From Rubrivivax sp. (GTDB lineage: Bacteria > Pseudomonadota > Gammaproteobacteria > Burkholderiales > Burkholderiaceae_C): a stretch of 64,000 nucleotides of DNA. The DNA lies in the NCBI GenBank assembly GCA_027483705.1, contig JAIXTY010000045.1:43503-107502 (forward strand), read 5' to 3'. A program made the position numbers and the translations under genes. The notes under the pieces were generated by a model that was not told where the DNA came from, searched no databases, and worked only from the letters and a program-made list of their open reading frames with translations. Below are positions 51,501-53,026 of the stretch, piece after piece (within the stretch, counting starts at the first letter, position 1; each line of letters opens with the position of its first letter).

Positions 51501-52848
51501 AGGTGGCGCTGCCCGAGGCGGCGACGAACTCGCCGTCGCTGCCGTCGCCGTCGAAGCGCAGCAGGGTGCCGGCGACGTCGAGCTCCACCGGCCGTGCCGA
51601 GAGATCGATGCCGCGGTCGTTGGCCACGCCGCCGAGCGTGCCCAAGCCGAGGCCGAAGTCGAGCGCGAGGCCGCTGCCCGACAGCGTGAGCGCGCTGCCC
51701 AGCCCGGTGAGGCCGATGCCGTCGGCGCGGCCGGTGGCGAGCAGGAAGCCCATGTCGACCGCGCTCTCGCCGGCCACGGGGCGGGCGTCGAGCAGCAGCA
51801 CGGCGGCGCTGACGCCGTCGAGCGCGAAACCGATGCCACCGCTGCCGAGGGCGGCGCTGGCGCCGGCCACGCCGATCTTGAAGGCGTCGAAGCTGCGCAG
51901 CGTGCCGGCGGGATCAGCCAGCGCGATGCCGGCCTCGTAGCCCACGCTCACGCTGCCGGCGAGGCTGAAGCCCTGCCCCAGCGCCAGCGAGCCGGTGTAG
52001 CTGAACGAGGAGCCGTCGGCGAAGTAGCCGAAGTTGAGCCACTCGCCGATGCGGTCGGTCAGGTCGCCGGCCACGGCGCCGGCGCCGGCGGCCAGCAGCT
52101 GCACCACCGTGCCGGTGGAATCGTCGAGCACGTGCGACACCAGCGACAGCGTCTTCGCGGCGGCGTCGACCTTGACCTCGAAGAACACGCCGTCGGCCAG
52201 CTGCAGCAGGCCCAGGCCGTCGGCGAAACGGCCGCTGAGCGTGCCGCCCCAGCGCAGGATCTCGAAGGTGGCGCCATCGGTGGGGCGGAAGCCGCCATCC
52301 AGGCTGATGCTGAGCTTGCCGTCCAGGCGCACGTCGTTGGCGACGACGATGTTGTCGAAGCCGCTGCCCGGCGTGCTGCCGCCGATGGCGAAGCGCGTGG
52401 TATCGGCGGGGGTGAGCGTGAGCGAGTCGACGCTGCGGGTGTCGGTGGGGCCGGCGTCGATCAGGCTGTCGAAGGCGCCGGCGCTGGCCAGCCGGCGCTT
52501 GCCCTCGAACACCGCGCCGACCTCGAAGGTGGCGGCGTTGGCGGCCTCGGCGTCGGCCGGCGCGATGTGCCGCAGCGCGACGAGGTCGTGGGCGCCGAAG
52601 GTGGGCAGGCCGTCGGCGCCGCCGTAGGCATCGGCCAGCGGGTCGCCGTCGCCGGGGTGCGGCAGGAAGGCCTGCGCGGCGCCGAGCACCGGATCGGCCG
52701 ACAGCAGCACGCGCGGCTCCAGCGCCTCCAGGCGCCAGGCGTCGGCCACGGGCGAGCGACGACCCGGGCGACCCTGAGCCCAGGCTCGCCGCACCGCACG
52801 GCCGAGATTGCGCAACGCCGTCACCGGATCCTGCCCCCTGCTGGCCAC
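15568..52848 (-). CDS. Giant LEPRxLL-leader multidomain surface protein/adhesin (~12,420 aa)
   Basis: Uninterrupted 37.3-kb frame with coding-type codon bias. LEALEPRVLLSAD at 52693-52731; contains RTX nonapeptides, DxDxDG loops, several repeat arrays and a beta/gamma-crystallin domain. Start is probably GTG 52848 or 52824; the track start 53091 overlaps sapC. Confidence 0.92.
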   Translation of the reverse strand: MASRGQDPVTALRNLGRAVRRAWAQGRPGRRSPVADAWRLEALEPRVLLSADPVLGAAQAFLPHPGDGDPLADAYGGADGLPTFGAHDLVALRHIAPADAEAANAATFEVGAVFEGKRRLASAGAFDSLIDAGPTDTRSVDSLTLTPADTTRFAIGGSTPGSGFDNIVVANDVRLDGKLSISLDGGFRPTDGATFEILRWGGTLSGRFADGLGLLQLADGVFFEVKVDAAAKTLSLVSHVLDDSTGTVVQLLAAGAGAVAGDLTDRIGEWLNFGYFADGSSFSYTGSLALGQGFSLAGSVSVGYEAGIALADPAGTLRSFDAFKIGVAGASAALGSGGIGFALDGVSAAVLLLDARPVAGESAVDMGFLLATGRADGIGLTGLGSALTLSGSGLALDFGLGLGTLGGVANDRGIDLSARPVELDVAGTLLRFDGDGSDGEFVAASGSATFSTGAVSLTGTMGFSRTEAGLVLVGRDIEARLGGGGGFEAGVSDAAFGVFLPTAGGTAIEARGAAFLSGAGFSLQSGGASSVRLNTTAADLSGQTLRAGDTSYAFTAMPVSATPAVTIDDLRARIGTAFELQGDFAFERDATSGGIELLARDAGVQLRAGGLTLGVADTRVALLLDPATSAVQLVEASGRLQADLGSAVSAGADRAALRWNAGTTDASGRTIDVAGQSYTFGADFTPGLQQVSLAGARLTVGDFFSVDGNLAFERRSLTAVLAAGAPEPEATSGVLVDALTLGASGLNARAGIPGGPELAFAGANFAVALLSSRTDPTRSWTAVQASAASVSMAGLPGVELSGRELFVNLNSASRAGDAVVRFGEGGTALQVATGAAPVSFAMDRALVQAGGRLQLDLFDFFRLDGRFAFTKDRATLALAGGGTVDADLLRVGAQDVSAFAGLNAGSAAELGLRIRDLDFGLVLAQDRADATRSWTALAASAAGIGFVGLPGVELSANTLSLQLNRAATPGAAVLDFASTPLAVATGGTDIRLDFGGPLLQVAGTIELRLFDFFVAESRFVLEKGEGRVTLDGGEGVDVELLSIGARIGTAFAGAGIDSPSPVGLDLTGVEFGLVLATSSAEPARSWTTLKAAADRVAFDGIDGLTLAGRNIAIELNQASRAGDRVIDHAAAPIVLDTGTPSGLRIDLAGNRGETLLASGVLDIGLFGFFQAEAGFELRREDGTVRLAGAAADTEVSLLTLGATITRAFAGLNGGTPEALGLSLTGVELGLAIASSKAEPARSWTTLQATAATVSFTGISGVRLDGSNLGIEINRAARAGDAVVDWAAAPRTLDTGTGGDLTLNLAGSRGALLLARGALDIGLFDFFNASATIEVARQDGQVVLQGDSAPTEVGLLTVGATIGSAFVGVGHGSANPLGLSLGGVEFGLALISSKAEPTRSWTSVQANVGTASFTGISGVTLAGSNLSLQLNQASRVGDVVVDHAARPLPIGTGAATPLALNIAGSEGELLRVRGGLELGLFGFFHADATFAVERRDAQVQLAGESTLTDVGLLTIGATVGEAFAGVGAGTDDAIGLGLEGVEFALALATSRADPTRSWTTLQATVARAGFDGVEGLEIGGENLRVELNQAGRAGDVVIDHAARPLEVATGPASRITFDQAGSAGELMRARGTLGLDVFGFVQLRTDFALVRSDGEVQLAGDTAPTAVSLLTVGATGGSAFVGVGGGTPEAVGLGLDAIEFGLALATSKADPTRSWTALQASVGTAGLQGIDGFTARVSAITVEVNRAGRAGDAVIDFAARPLTLDTGPADTLTLTMDGADGDLLRARGSLELKAFGFVEITGDFALESKSGAVTLSDGSEIDARLLSIGGAGVDVFAGVGGGGANPVGLTLEDAGFALVLATETVAAGSTTPGRQFTTLEAGAQRVGFTGIDGLEVEARQLQVQINRGVAGTGGAPDLVADYAAAPLTVATGPDSERTLALDGQLGQLLRARGELDLNLFGFVTLTGEFAFESRSATVKLAADVASSGEDDAVDGVLVDVLAMGGSNIDAFVGVGEGDGRLGVELTGAQFELALLSSRADPARTWTALQGGAEALRLVGIEGFELSGEGLDVAINRFSQADDAVVDFAEGATELVVPIGVDTDFRFDMDGAAGALTRASGNLTLDVFGFLRVQGDFAFEQRSQSLVLAGGEVVTADLLTIGGQGIEAFVGTDAAAADRIGLELEGVNFGVALATETGVTTPRKWTTAQASATRVELVGIEGFEARANDLLVQVNSAATAGGAVIDYVGTSTAPATALAITTGTGTTLPIAIDGDSGALLRAEGELTINAFGFLQISGDVAVEKKSTEVTLAAVGDAEPETVAVNVLTIGASGLTAFAGVNGGTPDAIGLSIEGVTLGVALLTAKDTPGRKWTAVQADVERVGLVGVSDIVPDFRELQVQVNQAGRVRDAVVDFAASPLELPTGPGSSMTIELDGGAGEVIRAEGLVSFSISEFAYFSGRLGFEKFTPSQPLALVDSRGITTRVAATSMLAITGRDIDLFVGFADGGLDLDVPFTEQRDRLYGFGAEDASFALLLTKAGGQSFTTAKANIGRFELYGFSGEDFQLSVTNLSIEVNRADALGRTIDFGASFGEGGLALGIGGAVVIDFGAGDRIGVFAEEAVLKISDFLYFRGGIGFEKADYGNTLRTGPGLAGIVTGARGFAIGGSNIDAFVGYVDGELDTSRSFSAQSSRLYGFGVEGLDFGFVNLRDAGGKTYRALTSQADTVALYGIDPADFQLRAEDLRIQFNSTTPGPGGIVRPLDFTDATGGGPLAVRTGGEDVLLDFKGERLGLFTGLATLSVSSFVHVQGALGFQKNTLTGLRNTLGLPILNARAFSVGASDLDVFVGYAENPVDPEVPLSAQPGLFGLGVDGVDLGLVIVKAGGVNYTAVKASADEVSVLGVDPADFQLSVQGLTVTLNTASGTNRPIDWVASFRSTGGYEVPTGAEPVLIDFTGPVVGASMSGAVLSISEFVHIEGSFSFAKGESEGIGVKGPLGTEFSNVKTQSIEIGAANVNAFVGAGGPYSRPASTDVDGDDDVDADDRLVNDQAVGLVIDDLDFGLGLFKVLADPLNPENAAVPVGARFTALKASAAGIGFVGFSDIVEFSLNDLAVAVNTSSNPAFVADFTQGGTLPGYEIATGGEPVLLDFANRSISATVGQATARVAGILSLQGGFTFEKRVVEDVSFVLPGVTLQADAEALVVAGLDVRAFAGINGPYRTDVDGDGDIDDDDPPSDDAIGFAIDDLDFALALLTPTATSGVTLPGRFLGLSASAAFAGLVGTDPYITLEARDVALEFNGAFAGKVPVPGAYVDFSALPGGALSIPIGSDADALRLDFDANRLRIALDATLGVFDLFEVSADIDFEFELPDTGSLIPTISLSRLLDFVPDLSPEFSWLEDFAGFFRNFDLSIGFDPSLGRPVILGSIEIPDLTINLGDFVYLNGDFRLTIGESFTADMYTGLPRELSLIEGLLGDQAGRILGILRSIGGLSDDYSRLSGVSFQGLSFGASDVNLFVGTGGPDFSRPFAEQEDLVGFGVQNVDIGLGVFKASLLGLPTESFFSLTVSADTLGSFGFGDTLTIRASDVRVDVNTGGKLFGGLMRATADYSSIEGTDDDGNPVTGLKIRTGGMPVYLNFTGSEILGLDIGLAEIAVADFLFLRGSLAFRQGEVYTVTVDAGGLRPLLESLDLPGNFPLQVKALTLGGANLSGFAGIGGPYRFGEDANDDGLLDSINEGAVGLLIDNVDFGFAMMTPAIGAAIPSLEQYAPRFVAAKATVDFAGLVGVDRDVLDVRAEDIAININSFYLPSAPGPVQAAIQLFGPPSINWKTSPSFVDYTEDANNNGRLDAGEDANSNGLIDSAGFALPAGGGRSVFIDFTEEIIQAKVGYASINLGGFVQLSASMAFTKRGAETVILAGGDETIVTSLAIGINDAYGFIGDGPYWRDSNGDGRIDEDDTPDTSAIGIALEDLDLGLIVAKELVITAQGASIGVYVAAYADIDSLRLVGVDGVRMDATDLLLQVNTGLRFQIGTGEFTRDAGSGAVSIADGVSVAASFEVIDFSRATWANSAGVVSPGYAIETGNPDQPIVLDYDEQFLRLFGALDIEVAGLVALSGAVDLRASASQGLQLFVNVNMRVGPASAPLLETTATGLLVIRDGIAMRLELERSIDFGSAAQLEASFEVTLNTFGTEIVYEVPEAFSDIVDFPVYTIPATPPGRPDWTGPYLALAGEGRLNLLDGLLEAQGDFVIIISSSGLELGVTAQVDLPVLEPLSVTGTLGIVAGGLYGSLAIGGSGPEGRIIDGGDAFNVTGLFLLQINTTNDVQQVRGRDASGNVFDSSGRPILVNVDPNLLRLSGRASINVGPISLEGAVDLLIDESGVQAAGSVSLDLGDFGEIDFELAAAFAIDSTGTPFFALRVRSDVEFGIGFMNVNAEATLQINTSSQAYRTLDGFTIAGNTLFDLALDGGFKLLAFEVEFGGRISIVDEVFKLEFDGSLDFFGVLDIEVGGYVTSEGDFEIRGSAELDLRLGPLHLEAGVSLLLSSRPRFAASAYGSLDFELDVGLFTIDFTIAGFRGEIDITPISAYLAAKVTVMGITVSGSKLWSLGDPPDISHLAADGTLFLHMGDASGRYGRDAFDDVTNESFSVERDGGTITVQSLGFSETYATNSVRRIVAIGGRGNDSVYIGSGIEAVLDIDLGDGKDSVLILGSAAGSTVRTGAGDDKLVGGPVNGIRYFGGDGNDQFTGGDGGEFIDMGPGANLIRANGGRDTIVVGAGNNRVEAGAGDDLVQVSGIGRVEIVGGDGKDRVVVAPIASTAPIGLAGSTLTLTSAAGARSIVFDAGVDRIELADTNAVRTAFRPDATAAWDGTDLVFELAGVLDVQGARLDAPGSLFSVSAAGVDGVLDTRLAELSVLNRGTAGAATADIVVREADSLVLVADGRSGGGLVAAAGGIDVRLAGDEALLTLASGQLAAGGAGRDMVLHADDIDFAAGANTVRGSGRLDIRATDDTQDYRLGAAGQNFVGVDQSTANVAGSMHLGMRDLSALRNGFSAIAIGHRAAGVEMTLGDIEDTVLGGEAFSARFDDPVRLVAERINVQGDVQASGRLELVARLLDIDRGNLRTPLGGPDSGLTAAEIDATVEEQITASGWIIGERSVDLRVTASTGVGAMVTYGSAGPNSFTSDNGSAVIVRADGGRLNLSASGSIFMAGGLIANGDGATITVRTADALRLLQFGQWQALGDNSRIDVEATRSLQLASGSVVLSGADFPPAGTEPFLTGRDASLRVVTAGSLLLDGLVAAGGGLQLQGGAAVDGLADYFDRLDGRLLTSRSEPSFIAAQLEALRAGTLNAELRALLASQGFVVGSGTRVVAVDDLRGFAELSEAEQDIVAASLGYTPWRDGGFFDAARNVFRPELTPGFAVGYDPAAVAWGDAGAPAAGTAFGALTPAQQAAVAAHLGYSVVSGPVYVDGDTVLRGFIEGRTSDYDNSAIDWAGAGLPALAAGTPFASLGVAQKLLVAYTLGWKVDLNRVPTEDFLALRPLDYASIPRETWIAGFNGNYANLISAAEWGGVPVPAPATAYADLTPAQRAVVDRLIDFVPAAGTAYGELSQDQREVVDAAVRPATDADWRGLSAADRAAVVRSIERELALPVPVRLEFYNHDAAPDRKLVTDFRQGGPVDYANADIYWGTTARPADGTPFAALSAAQQQVVASALGYERIDGRLFVKADAPEGLRVVAGFTAALGAGGADYDPALVDWGGAVAPAAGTPFERLTPAQRDALLQDLGYDVVDREVLVNPGASDAARRVVEALVEGEGRDYNALTLDWAGVAPAAPGTAWVDLTGEQQNRVLAVLAYSRFNGLVYANDDATPANRLRIGLVEGVDYRNADVSWSTVPVPAAGTPFAELTAAQQQRVLLSSGFERYEQPVFHNPAAGVAEPLRTSFSLGSDYTNGGAGISVVTRWLLDNGEAGRVMLVARDAEADGVIDRLEVQDAHPLVGQRGAGFLLRGTVFTLEPDADFVVDSDGDVIVQGNLLLRGAGSDLSLASDRWVYWQGTAEINGNLSLTGRGAPEAGKPGAGTSIYVHPTSTLVTQAAGSSITLDGARDVEVFGALIAGGRSTDTGTVFAGPDSAITVRAGEQIRLESSLNAAASIRLSTSAAPGADDAGLSLRLSPAAGLNVAGSTSSGSGGLVDINVFGGAQIGGRVIAGGTPAFTLGAGGEVLGETITWSAEGGTARISAGGVLDLSMSVPAVSGGFVTVGGSVLAASRIELAGGRGEGTGFAAAGLVLPGASRVVVADPDGAIVLRSASAALIDGIVAAGAEWVETRDAAGFTLGGTLVPFDGHSSITVEAAGAVRLTRDLAAGRLIDVRGGVADTPADPADPFSAYGLLLGGTVGLSTWQDDSTIAVSAAGAMGLLAPAWREELRADGFAEFASGVLTGDARFVLTVELPTHTVRGTVVLPASATVGNSGLASLRQDLLDAILATAFVVTLSPAGPAVGSTVSLAAGDLAVRLDDGRLLLTSNHRFSLAAAEAGGAERLGFTQVAGSSAATAGPTASARPWAIDASGTGSVVTIGRAGVAGGDITVSGAIRAHSGVVFTSGSGSGLLAVTLTESGRIETLAGGMRLDPAGHFVLRGELVARGTDADIVIAAKGTLELRGDLTAQRDILVSAGSTVRAGELSIATYGTSTLTTLDAGGRIVVAGLNDVRINSSIGTGNPALALVQLASREGTLSIERESGIVETGAAIEISGRDVVVAGTVRSATATPASYDDEVTIRATRDLTLSGSFSLAGSLRATAGDDLRIVGTSLRANAEGQRITLVAGDALDIGDATLSDGAALVLAAQRLEATAGGTLTVALGGTLMTSGEDSRIQLAGGRVEIAGALRAGATQPDRLSSSFTFSGRAAAIDIEAVRDIVIGNLAGGLGGELLATGRVELRAGADAVSGVSLRTSRESSITADAAGTRDVDGVPTPTWSGSTGATAERGDGLVRVRADGDVQLRGLVQALDSGAKVDILARSQVLVGGIVKAQAAVDILGGTDASRLGLVVERYVSAGGDYVSGGDIDTDEGGRITLAAIDGVLIEGVVGQNDLGGEGQVAVVTVESAAGDITLGREINAGDEAVVLGGSPRILAGAHVFALADDSRVYIEARNELRAAGPLATATGTTPRAIISSGLLTHLAAPEMVVDGFIRATSAEGRVLLSGERRVEIGGLVDAAGALDVNVGIELAWGRETLESALPDNRLVGGELVIRGSAVVRAGGQVTLRAGDNVVLDADAVLDDGRDLAVQFTRTVTDLVQVYTGTVRREAVGTVTVPEVTTTLTTVTEQVGSELVQVGRQFAEYEVQLEQIGYYNPVTRQFREVLIEGVDYSNAAVDWNNAGDEQTPIRSVPAITADYRSTAYKSFQQLGDDERWAVLNHTGFKPLYDFSYTDAKLYRDINGARTVLDDNVPGPGGALYVPPWKTNPDRVYFVDVAGWRDKYVLMPEGAQEAILSVTTSSSPLYLVGDRVLNGVNNGEWISLERYNDRTLAEPRGELVGRFRDQANVLYQQDSSNLVDSAMVRGHLTVDDWDNRGGRWVVKEAIEGAGTRFFNLTSQTVPDASTVAAVSRAWQPAWAWVEDAYLQLDDPAEWATRYVGDQGADGKRGNNLLSVELDFWRQLAQTDLSQPNGTANLEYLSQTVSGSRLVGIREGASNADYTVYIDSGYRGGNRSFEGNVGYVGDTFNDEITAIQFQSGLAKLVAYQHINYNKFGTQSGFERTYFSSISNVGDGINDQITSFRAWGYVSEQFKNVTYRWTSTDDLIRDQRVQVFYKVTTQDTPINDWRPIYQTNTVEVSTVVDRTVTVWKDVPETIAVPVYRTEIVTVDLGATMAGVDASVSGQQVRIVAGGAVQLSGRVEATDGLEISAGSELTLRGERQAGGSPLSTELAANRIVLSGGTGVRLDDSALLLGTQADGQDAATIRVGSTGELLFGGEARADGEAALASLRLEAWRDVTLSGRATAENISVQAGFATFDGAGEVLTGTGSGTVRADGDTAFTATTGNLEISAGRYGGSVRLDGSLLAAPEGRVVLVADSGQVIQSTRPVDGVSGAFVVNGLVSGRELQVRAEAGIVLATEVGRVVDAQTTGIGNIEIQQRGDLVADRLAAQDGYVRLAVSGTLELLAASTRGGTDGNDIEITTRQLGADRASVLLGALSTTGRGDIVLDVQGSVAMRDGGRLVADVVDVAAGSVNDVAITSPGSISLVLSAQTLAVVQRTPGSTTVTQDTQRLVVDRTQLVNGAFTLTAGGAVDLASIRLGGNSAANDVTITAAGDVLVRSVEAGLYIRNPADVPVVRDASGALVTRFSSAGDIVITSGGRIAETFVDAEPDLVADRLVLDAANGISGLEIAANRLDAITRAAGSGIELADLDGVAESFAGLDVQRASAPLAASVSAAGSTVSLRAEGDLRVGPAALVRGDTLRLSSDTGSVLVALPTGYVAGDASTDTLQYTRGVAFTAAERVELYRFFAAPQLMEYRAGDYFAFRDAVTGTYERTLPSLLRSDTLIFESGGTLAIDGTLSANRRLELISKQDVIVTGVVQHKGTRFDGSTDADGLIDTLRIVARGDVDRVQAINFNQDLNPDGTPDLTDTFTEAQLGIDLNRDGVLDTSTLLSEAAVRSASGDLTLRLTSNLPVANFELRARRDVHVSLDAGSGGPVRDLVLTGFVGGLQGFDPAANVRIDVTGALTLRGGIVGADTGTGTITVRATTLATDPASVFIAQALDVQARDAIQVNTLVSKLTAVSTGTSTGLGDTTDRDIRVKEADGLEVTLISTRTGGVTVDAGGDVKVREIVNYTGGRDIVVNASGRLLIDHIESQATAGAQKTAGRIVVDGRLGVTEWLQREPGSPLTAADLAEQREIDLYAFKVEVRGTAALKTLPSARDAGTGDDLEVRVVSGAADALRNPTTLISESSVIAAGDGVQNATITPVTAAGVSRPQVRLVDFGGTPLLGQFFTVSLPNPLGGATVAFTERLTDITGGIDGGRAATPGEIDTLLGRLKTAIERDAQYGVTINDDNTLRVTAQRDNIAFDATVSVTEYALTEVVGSTSSTDITPGQDAAQRSRIVFASGLALDAHKSYSVVVNGIEYSVDGSTVPAGDWAAALRSLGADIEGGQPIQAAERSVSFVRSGTPADGAVYSITIGTRVFEYTAVRQIAVDADGVPIPGGAVNGDTWETVARGLARLIDGTGSLAAFADGAVVALTRVPGGAGLSSVGGTVDADAGRVLRLEGEVVNTAFSVGAVTVTDQVLQARDVPPAPSVAQQTVLTFSSSPLAGGRYVVEVGGRTYNIDADGDPTRNELRDALVAAIAADTLQTQVSAATDGAGRVRLTATAPELPFDVTLTAARSTSGLVVGSPGTPVQPAGDSRTQQVTVTFSAHPLAAGDEVRITVEDRSFSTTIGGTLDTWGEVLADLRRQINAVTGTGGGADPLPVTVSAIDAATRRLTLRADAANAPFDVSGLSILDAAQVAAPDFDEADTVLQEPGTLRTQVTRLTFADELPRAGQVFQLTVGTASIAPVVVGEGGVAATWASVLGALSARATGTGLIGSVAIDTGARSLLLTAATPNETLDIAAVARRADAGTNVSLTGDYVIVIPSRSSTSAGTLSYAATGDLTVVQFPTLLGDRLTFRAGESLVVVSPLNVGSTGSINVQAAGSLTLGGTVTANRLDVAAGDDLSLTTAVNVMNVTLTGGASDFTLRQTGDLRIANLVMAGGDVTLEVDGDLTIESLRGSVGTLTIRLTGGSLVIGDSTLADRGLAGTATSRTVVIDVSGGGADVVLDADELTLTARNAIRVAERDAITIHAVDTTAGGRVDVRAGGSTTETTVLGRVRTIDGNAVSIVTDSGALRLEEAITALKGTAVRGGDITIRGAAGLELGANADLASEGGRITLAAGTGSLVMTAETYVLAGTGTLDISADGNIRLGKFRSDAPAVDGAPLPVSRFVAGGVIDGGEGDTDIIAPESLLVIRSTAGIGQASNPVEVQVRAIDLVNSGSGAIAIEEVDDLVIVRVSQTAAGEVAIATRAGAITVADATTARAITGDAGATGGIVVTSAGTDVSLYAGRAGLRLDNSIRTDGGDVRLTAEGVDGGGNDLVLNAGIQAGASVDTRAGGAIVLRAVQGDIVVDPDAANWRTEGTGFDADLEFVLTRGRFTINDATGAVVAAGLTDEEAAVSGIANGDVLRAAGGAYLQSKGGAITLTALGEVGQAVTGFKVSPLAVFIDARSVVATSAERETVAVVAAGAVTVGAGSGSGSRGGSTEVISLAGRQTLSRALDANGDDVGIAADDVDISASVRSVGGTLSFRTIDPSRGIVLGELAAAGRMASSFAASLDAEDVMALDGADLLNLRDGFSQIVFGAAGSSNRIMVMGTSGVSLRDDVVFLTDGSGGAVLFETDFDAPSLTIFGSGETTRVAANVSAVAGDLTIGDAIRVAGERELRASGSVLLGGTNVHWLGGDGVLDDRLTVVAEAGSVRFTGTVGGGDDGSDALASLTVRAARDVVFEQAVTVDGDLVIEAGGVVVFSGNITLRNGGDLVIRGAEQVVLRSGVVLSASLLGGAGGDIVIEADEIDLLMGEEQLVGSGWITLRPSTVSASIAVASPAGAATSGVLNLDMAELRALADGFAGVTIGHAGSDGRAVAGSGVLTAGARTDLDSVTFRDSTWLYGSTVVVADSGEPAAVLRLAEGASLTINAVGLIQIANAVEATSVTLRVAEGNVQQVDSAIDGLVGEALRTRDLVVDAGGGVGLAALEVSTLDVVNRGAGAINLGVLAARDSVLLPASLIDGSVRVLRLEQADAGDSGGITLKTAGGGITLAGSGVRLAGSGNLGVDAGGSGSDLRLEAAVQLAGGRATLTAADGLLSLAAGRVQLSGNGALTLRAGGDMQLGGDVEAAGGLVTLEAGGRLTMDSGTLVVSTGGVDTDARRVVLQAGGDVTLSRLRADASLAVSSTTGRLLDGLAGNAPNLVAPTARLVAGAGIGGDGAALRLALDTLSLSNGIGGVFLRESDGLALASGGLVNGDGRLELVLDAGTLRLDQTVTSGGAARFETRAAGADIVVASAATADGTITLVAADAVQMLAGSRLQVRGTAGIDITAGGALQMAADARLVSAGGAQRLQAGGDIVLGQVAAATGAVRIDAGARLLDADADADPATVNITAGSARLVALDGIGREANALETSLSLLAAGAGRGGVFIREANGLEIGTIDVLVGAASGTDQAIRIEGGVTHTGQLLVSGAVQAAGAGDVTLAARTGGPLVVNAAVGSGSGAVSLVSQGAIELGAAATLATSGTLSLNAAGGSVTGAAGSSLAGGRVQLAATGDLGSSVAPLQVLAGRVDATAGGGLWLAAPGALVVGTVEAGGALQLGAGGALTLDRATAGGELRLTAAGSLTAGPVQAGGPVQMSAGGAMGLAAVVAGGAVQLDAAATLTLDTVTAGGDVRASSGAALQLGHITSPGTVTLQAGGAVLDGDAAVDVQAARLVLRSVGAAGAAGDALEIDVAELQLDAAEAWLRDTGSLRVLGARSAGTLLLQAEGELQLAGLVEASDATLVAGGVLRGDDSATTVDVRATALRLQAAGVGSATQALNTEADTLVLDAGAAGAWLQDAGALAFSGRSGGVLVAQAAGSLTVNAALAAAGPLRLAAAQLLVAADVDGGSAVTLQASGDVSLAAAVRSAGSAFLDSSGAALAFAATGSLQAGADVRLAAAQNLVLGRVTTPANLALQAGQSITALDGTRLESATLRAVAADGIGRADARLAVTADTVAARAAGGGIWLVADGAVRVGDVAAAGVRVGSDGVLATWREATLSDLVTVAGNGSIALSTLAGGITLDDGTAPADGRAVHAHGSGAILLTPAPGGVLDLAAGTLERTGPLDLPGALRLDGTVVVSAGDIRFGGAIDGRAAGGTAAVDRLDITSLGGDVRFEGAVGLGEPLEALSIRGADDVRFGAEVHLRGELVIEATGEVRFDAGLRLDGGRLVVRGAGSVVLGDVVLGGAGLGGELVIEAGSLTLAGTVRADGAADRLQLQGLGSGAALVVGDGPAPAGELRLDAATLSRLGGFERAVLGDGRGTVALDAAALAALAVNELRITGTQLALAGEGTLAVAESLLLQSSGGFTLAGRTQLAAAGVVVSLQAGGSWLMDADARLAGDDLQLRVQAEGELRVGQLATRGAAGAGSVLLVSAGGVVRENGSDAAADRAVNVDTGLLVLRGLGPVVPIGAASAGSAIDARADRIDVDAAGTVVRDTGADGRTRYNLLAGGTLRTLVEVVGAHERGAAAPLVPAADGAIDSAAWAGTAEAWWSALRPLADVREEHRATALAAARAADAPRLPDTAAERYLATLMTALPTPVLAGDAVLQLTRSELLADEAWGLAARLEKAWLLGAADRQPAATGAPTAGDRYDYWEDSLAL
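24055..25966 (-). repeat. Six ~100-aa alpha/beta repeat domains within the giant protein
   Basis: Recurring Q..T.TF.....AG..Y...V....Y.....TW..V...L...I....V......L.LTA...N..F.V. Confidence 0.7.
29539..29793 (-). other. Beta/gamma-crystallin domain within the giant protein
   Basis: YTVYIDSGYRG...FNDEITAI...LVAYQHINY....INDQITSFR: two Greek-key motifs with ND-x-I-T-S/A calcium-site-like signatures. Confidence 0.75.
35110..36750 (-). repeat. About 10 copies of a DW...PAAGTPF..LT.AQQ..V...LGY repeat
   Basis: Examples: AVAWGDAGAPAAGTAFGALTPAQQAAVAAHLGY, LVDWGGAVAPAAGTPFERLTPAQRDALLQDLGY, DVSWSTVPVPAAGTPFAELTAAQQQRVLLSSGF. Confidence 0.85.
38455..38844 (-). repeat. RTX-type Ca2+-binding nonapeptide repeats
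   Basis: GGRGNDSVY, LGDGKDSVL, TGAGDDKLV, GGDGNDQFT, AGAGDDLVQ, GGDGKDRVV. Confidence 0.85.
40560..50760 (-). repeat. About 19 tandem ~157-aa all-beta repeats
   Basis: RSWT motif codons at about 50506, 50044, 49588, 49117, 48646, 48175 and 47704 (exact 471-bp spacing for the last five), followed by more diverged copies (RQFT, RTWT, RKWT, KTYR, ...) down to about 40890. Confidence 0.88.
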
Positions 52849-53026
52849 CCATGCGGCCCTTGCCGATGCCGGCGACCACCGCCAGCTTCGCCAAGATGAG
52901 TGGACCCAATGTAGGCGCTGGTTCCCGCCTCGACACTGGAATTTTCCCGTTGGCCCTGGCGAGCCGCAGGCAGTACGCTCAACCGCATCTTCCCTGCCTT
53001 GCGCGGCCTCGTGCCGCCCCATCGCC

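Noticed and set aside
7704-52899. Very long plus-strand ORFs (2673, 1883, 3991, 2924, 2987, 2056 and 1572 aa)
   Set aside because: They are antisense shadows of the giant genes. High GC and codon bias remove stop codons, and the translations are low-information with no motifs.
52849-53026. Sigma54 or sigma70 promoter motifs in the divergent gap
   Set aside because: Promoters are expected here, but I could not find a convincing consensus match.
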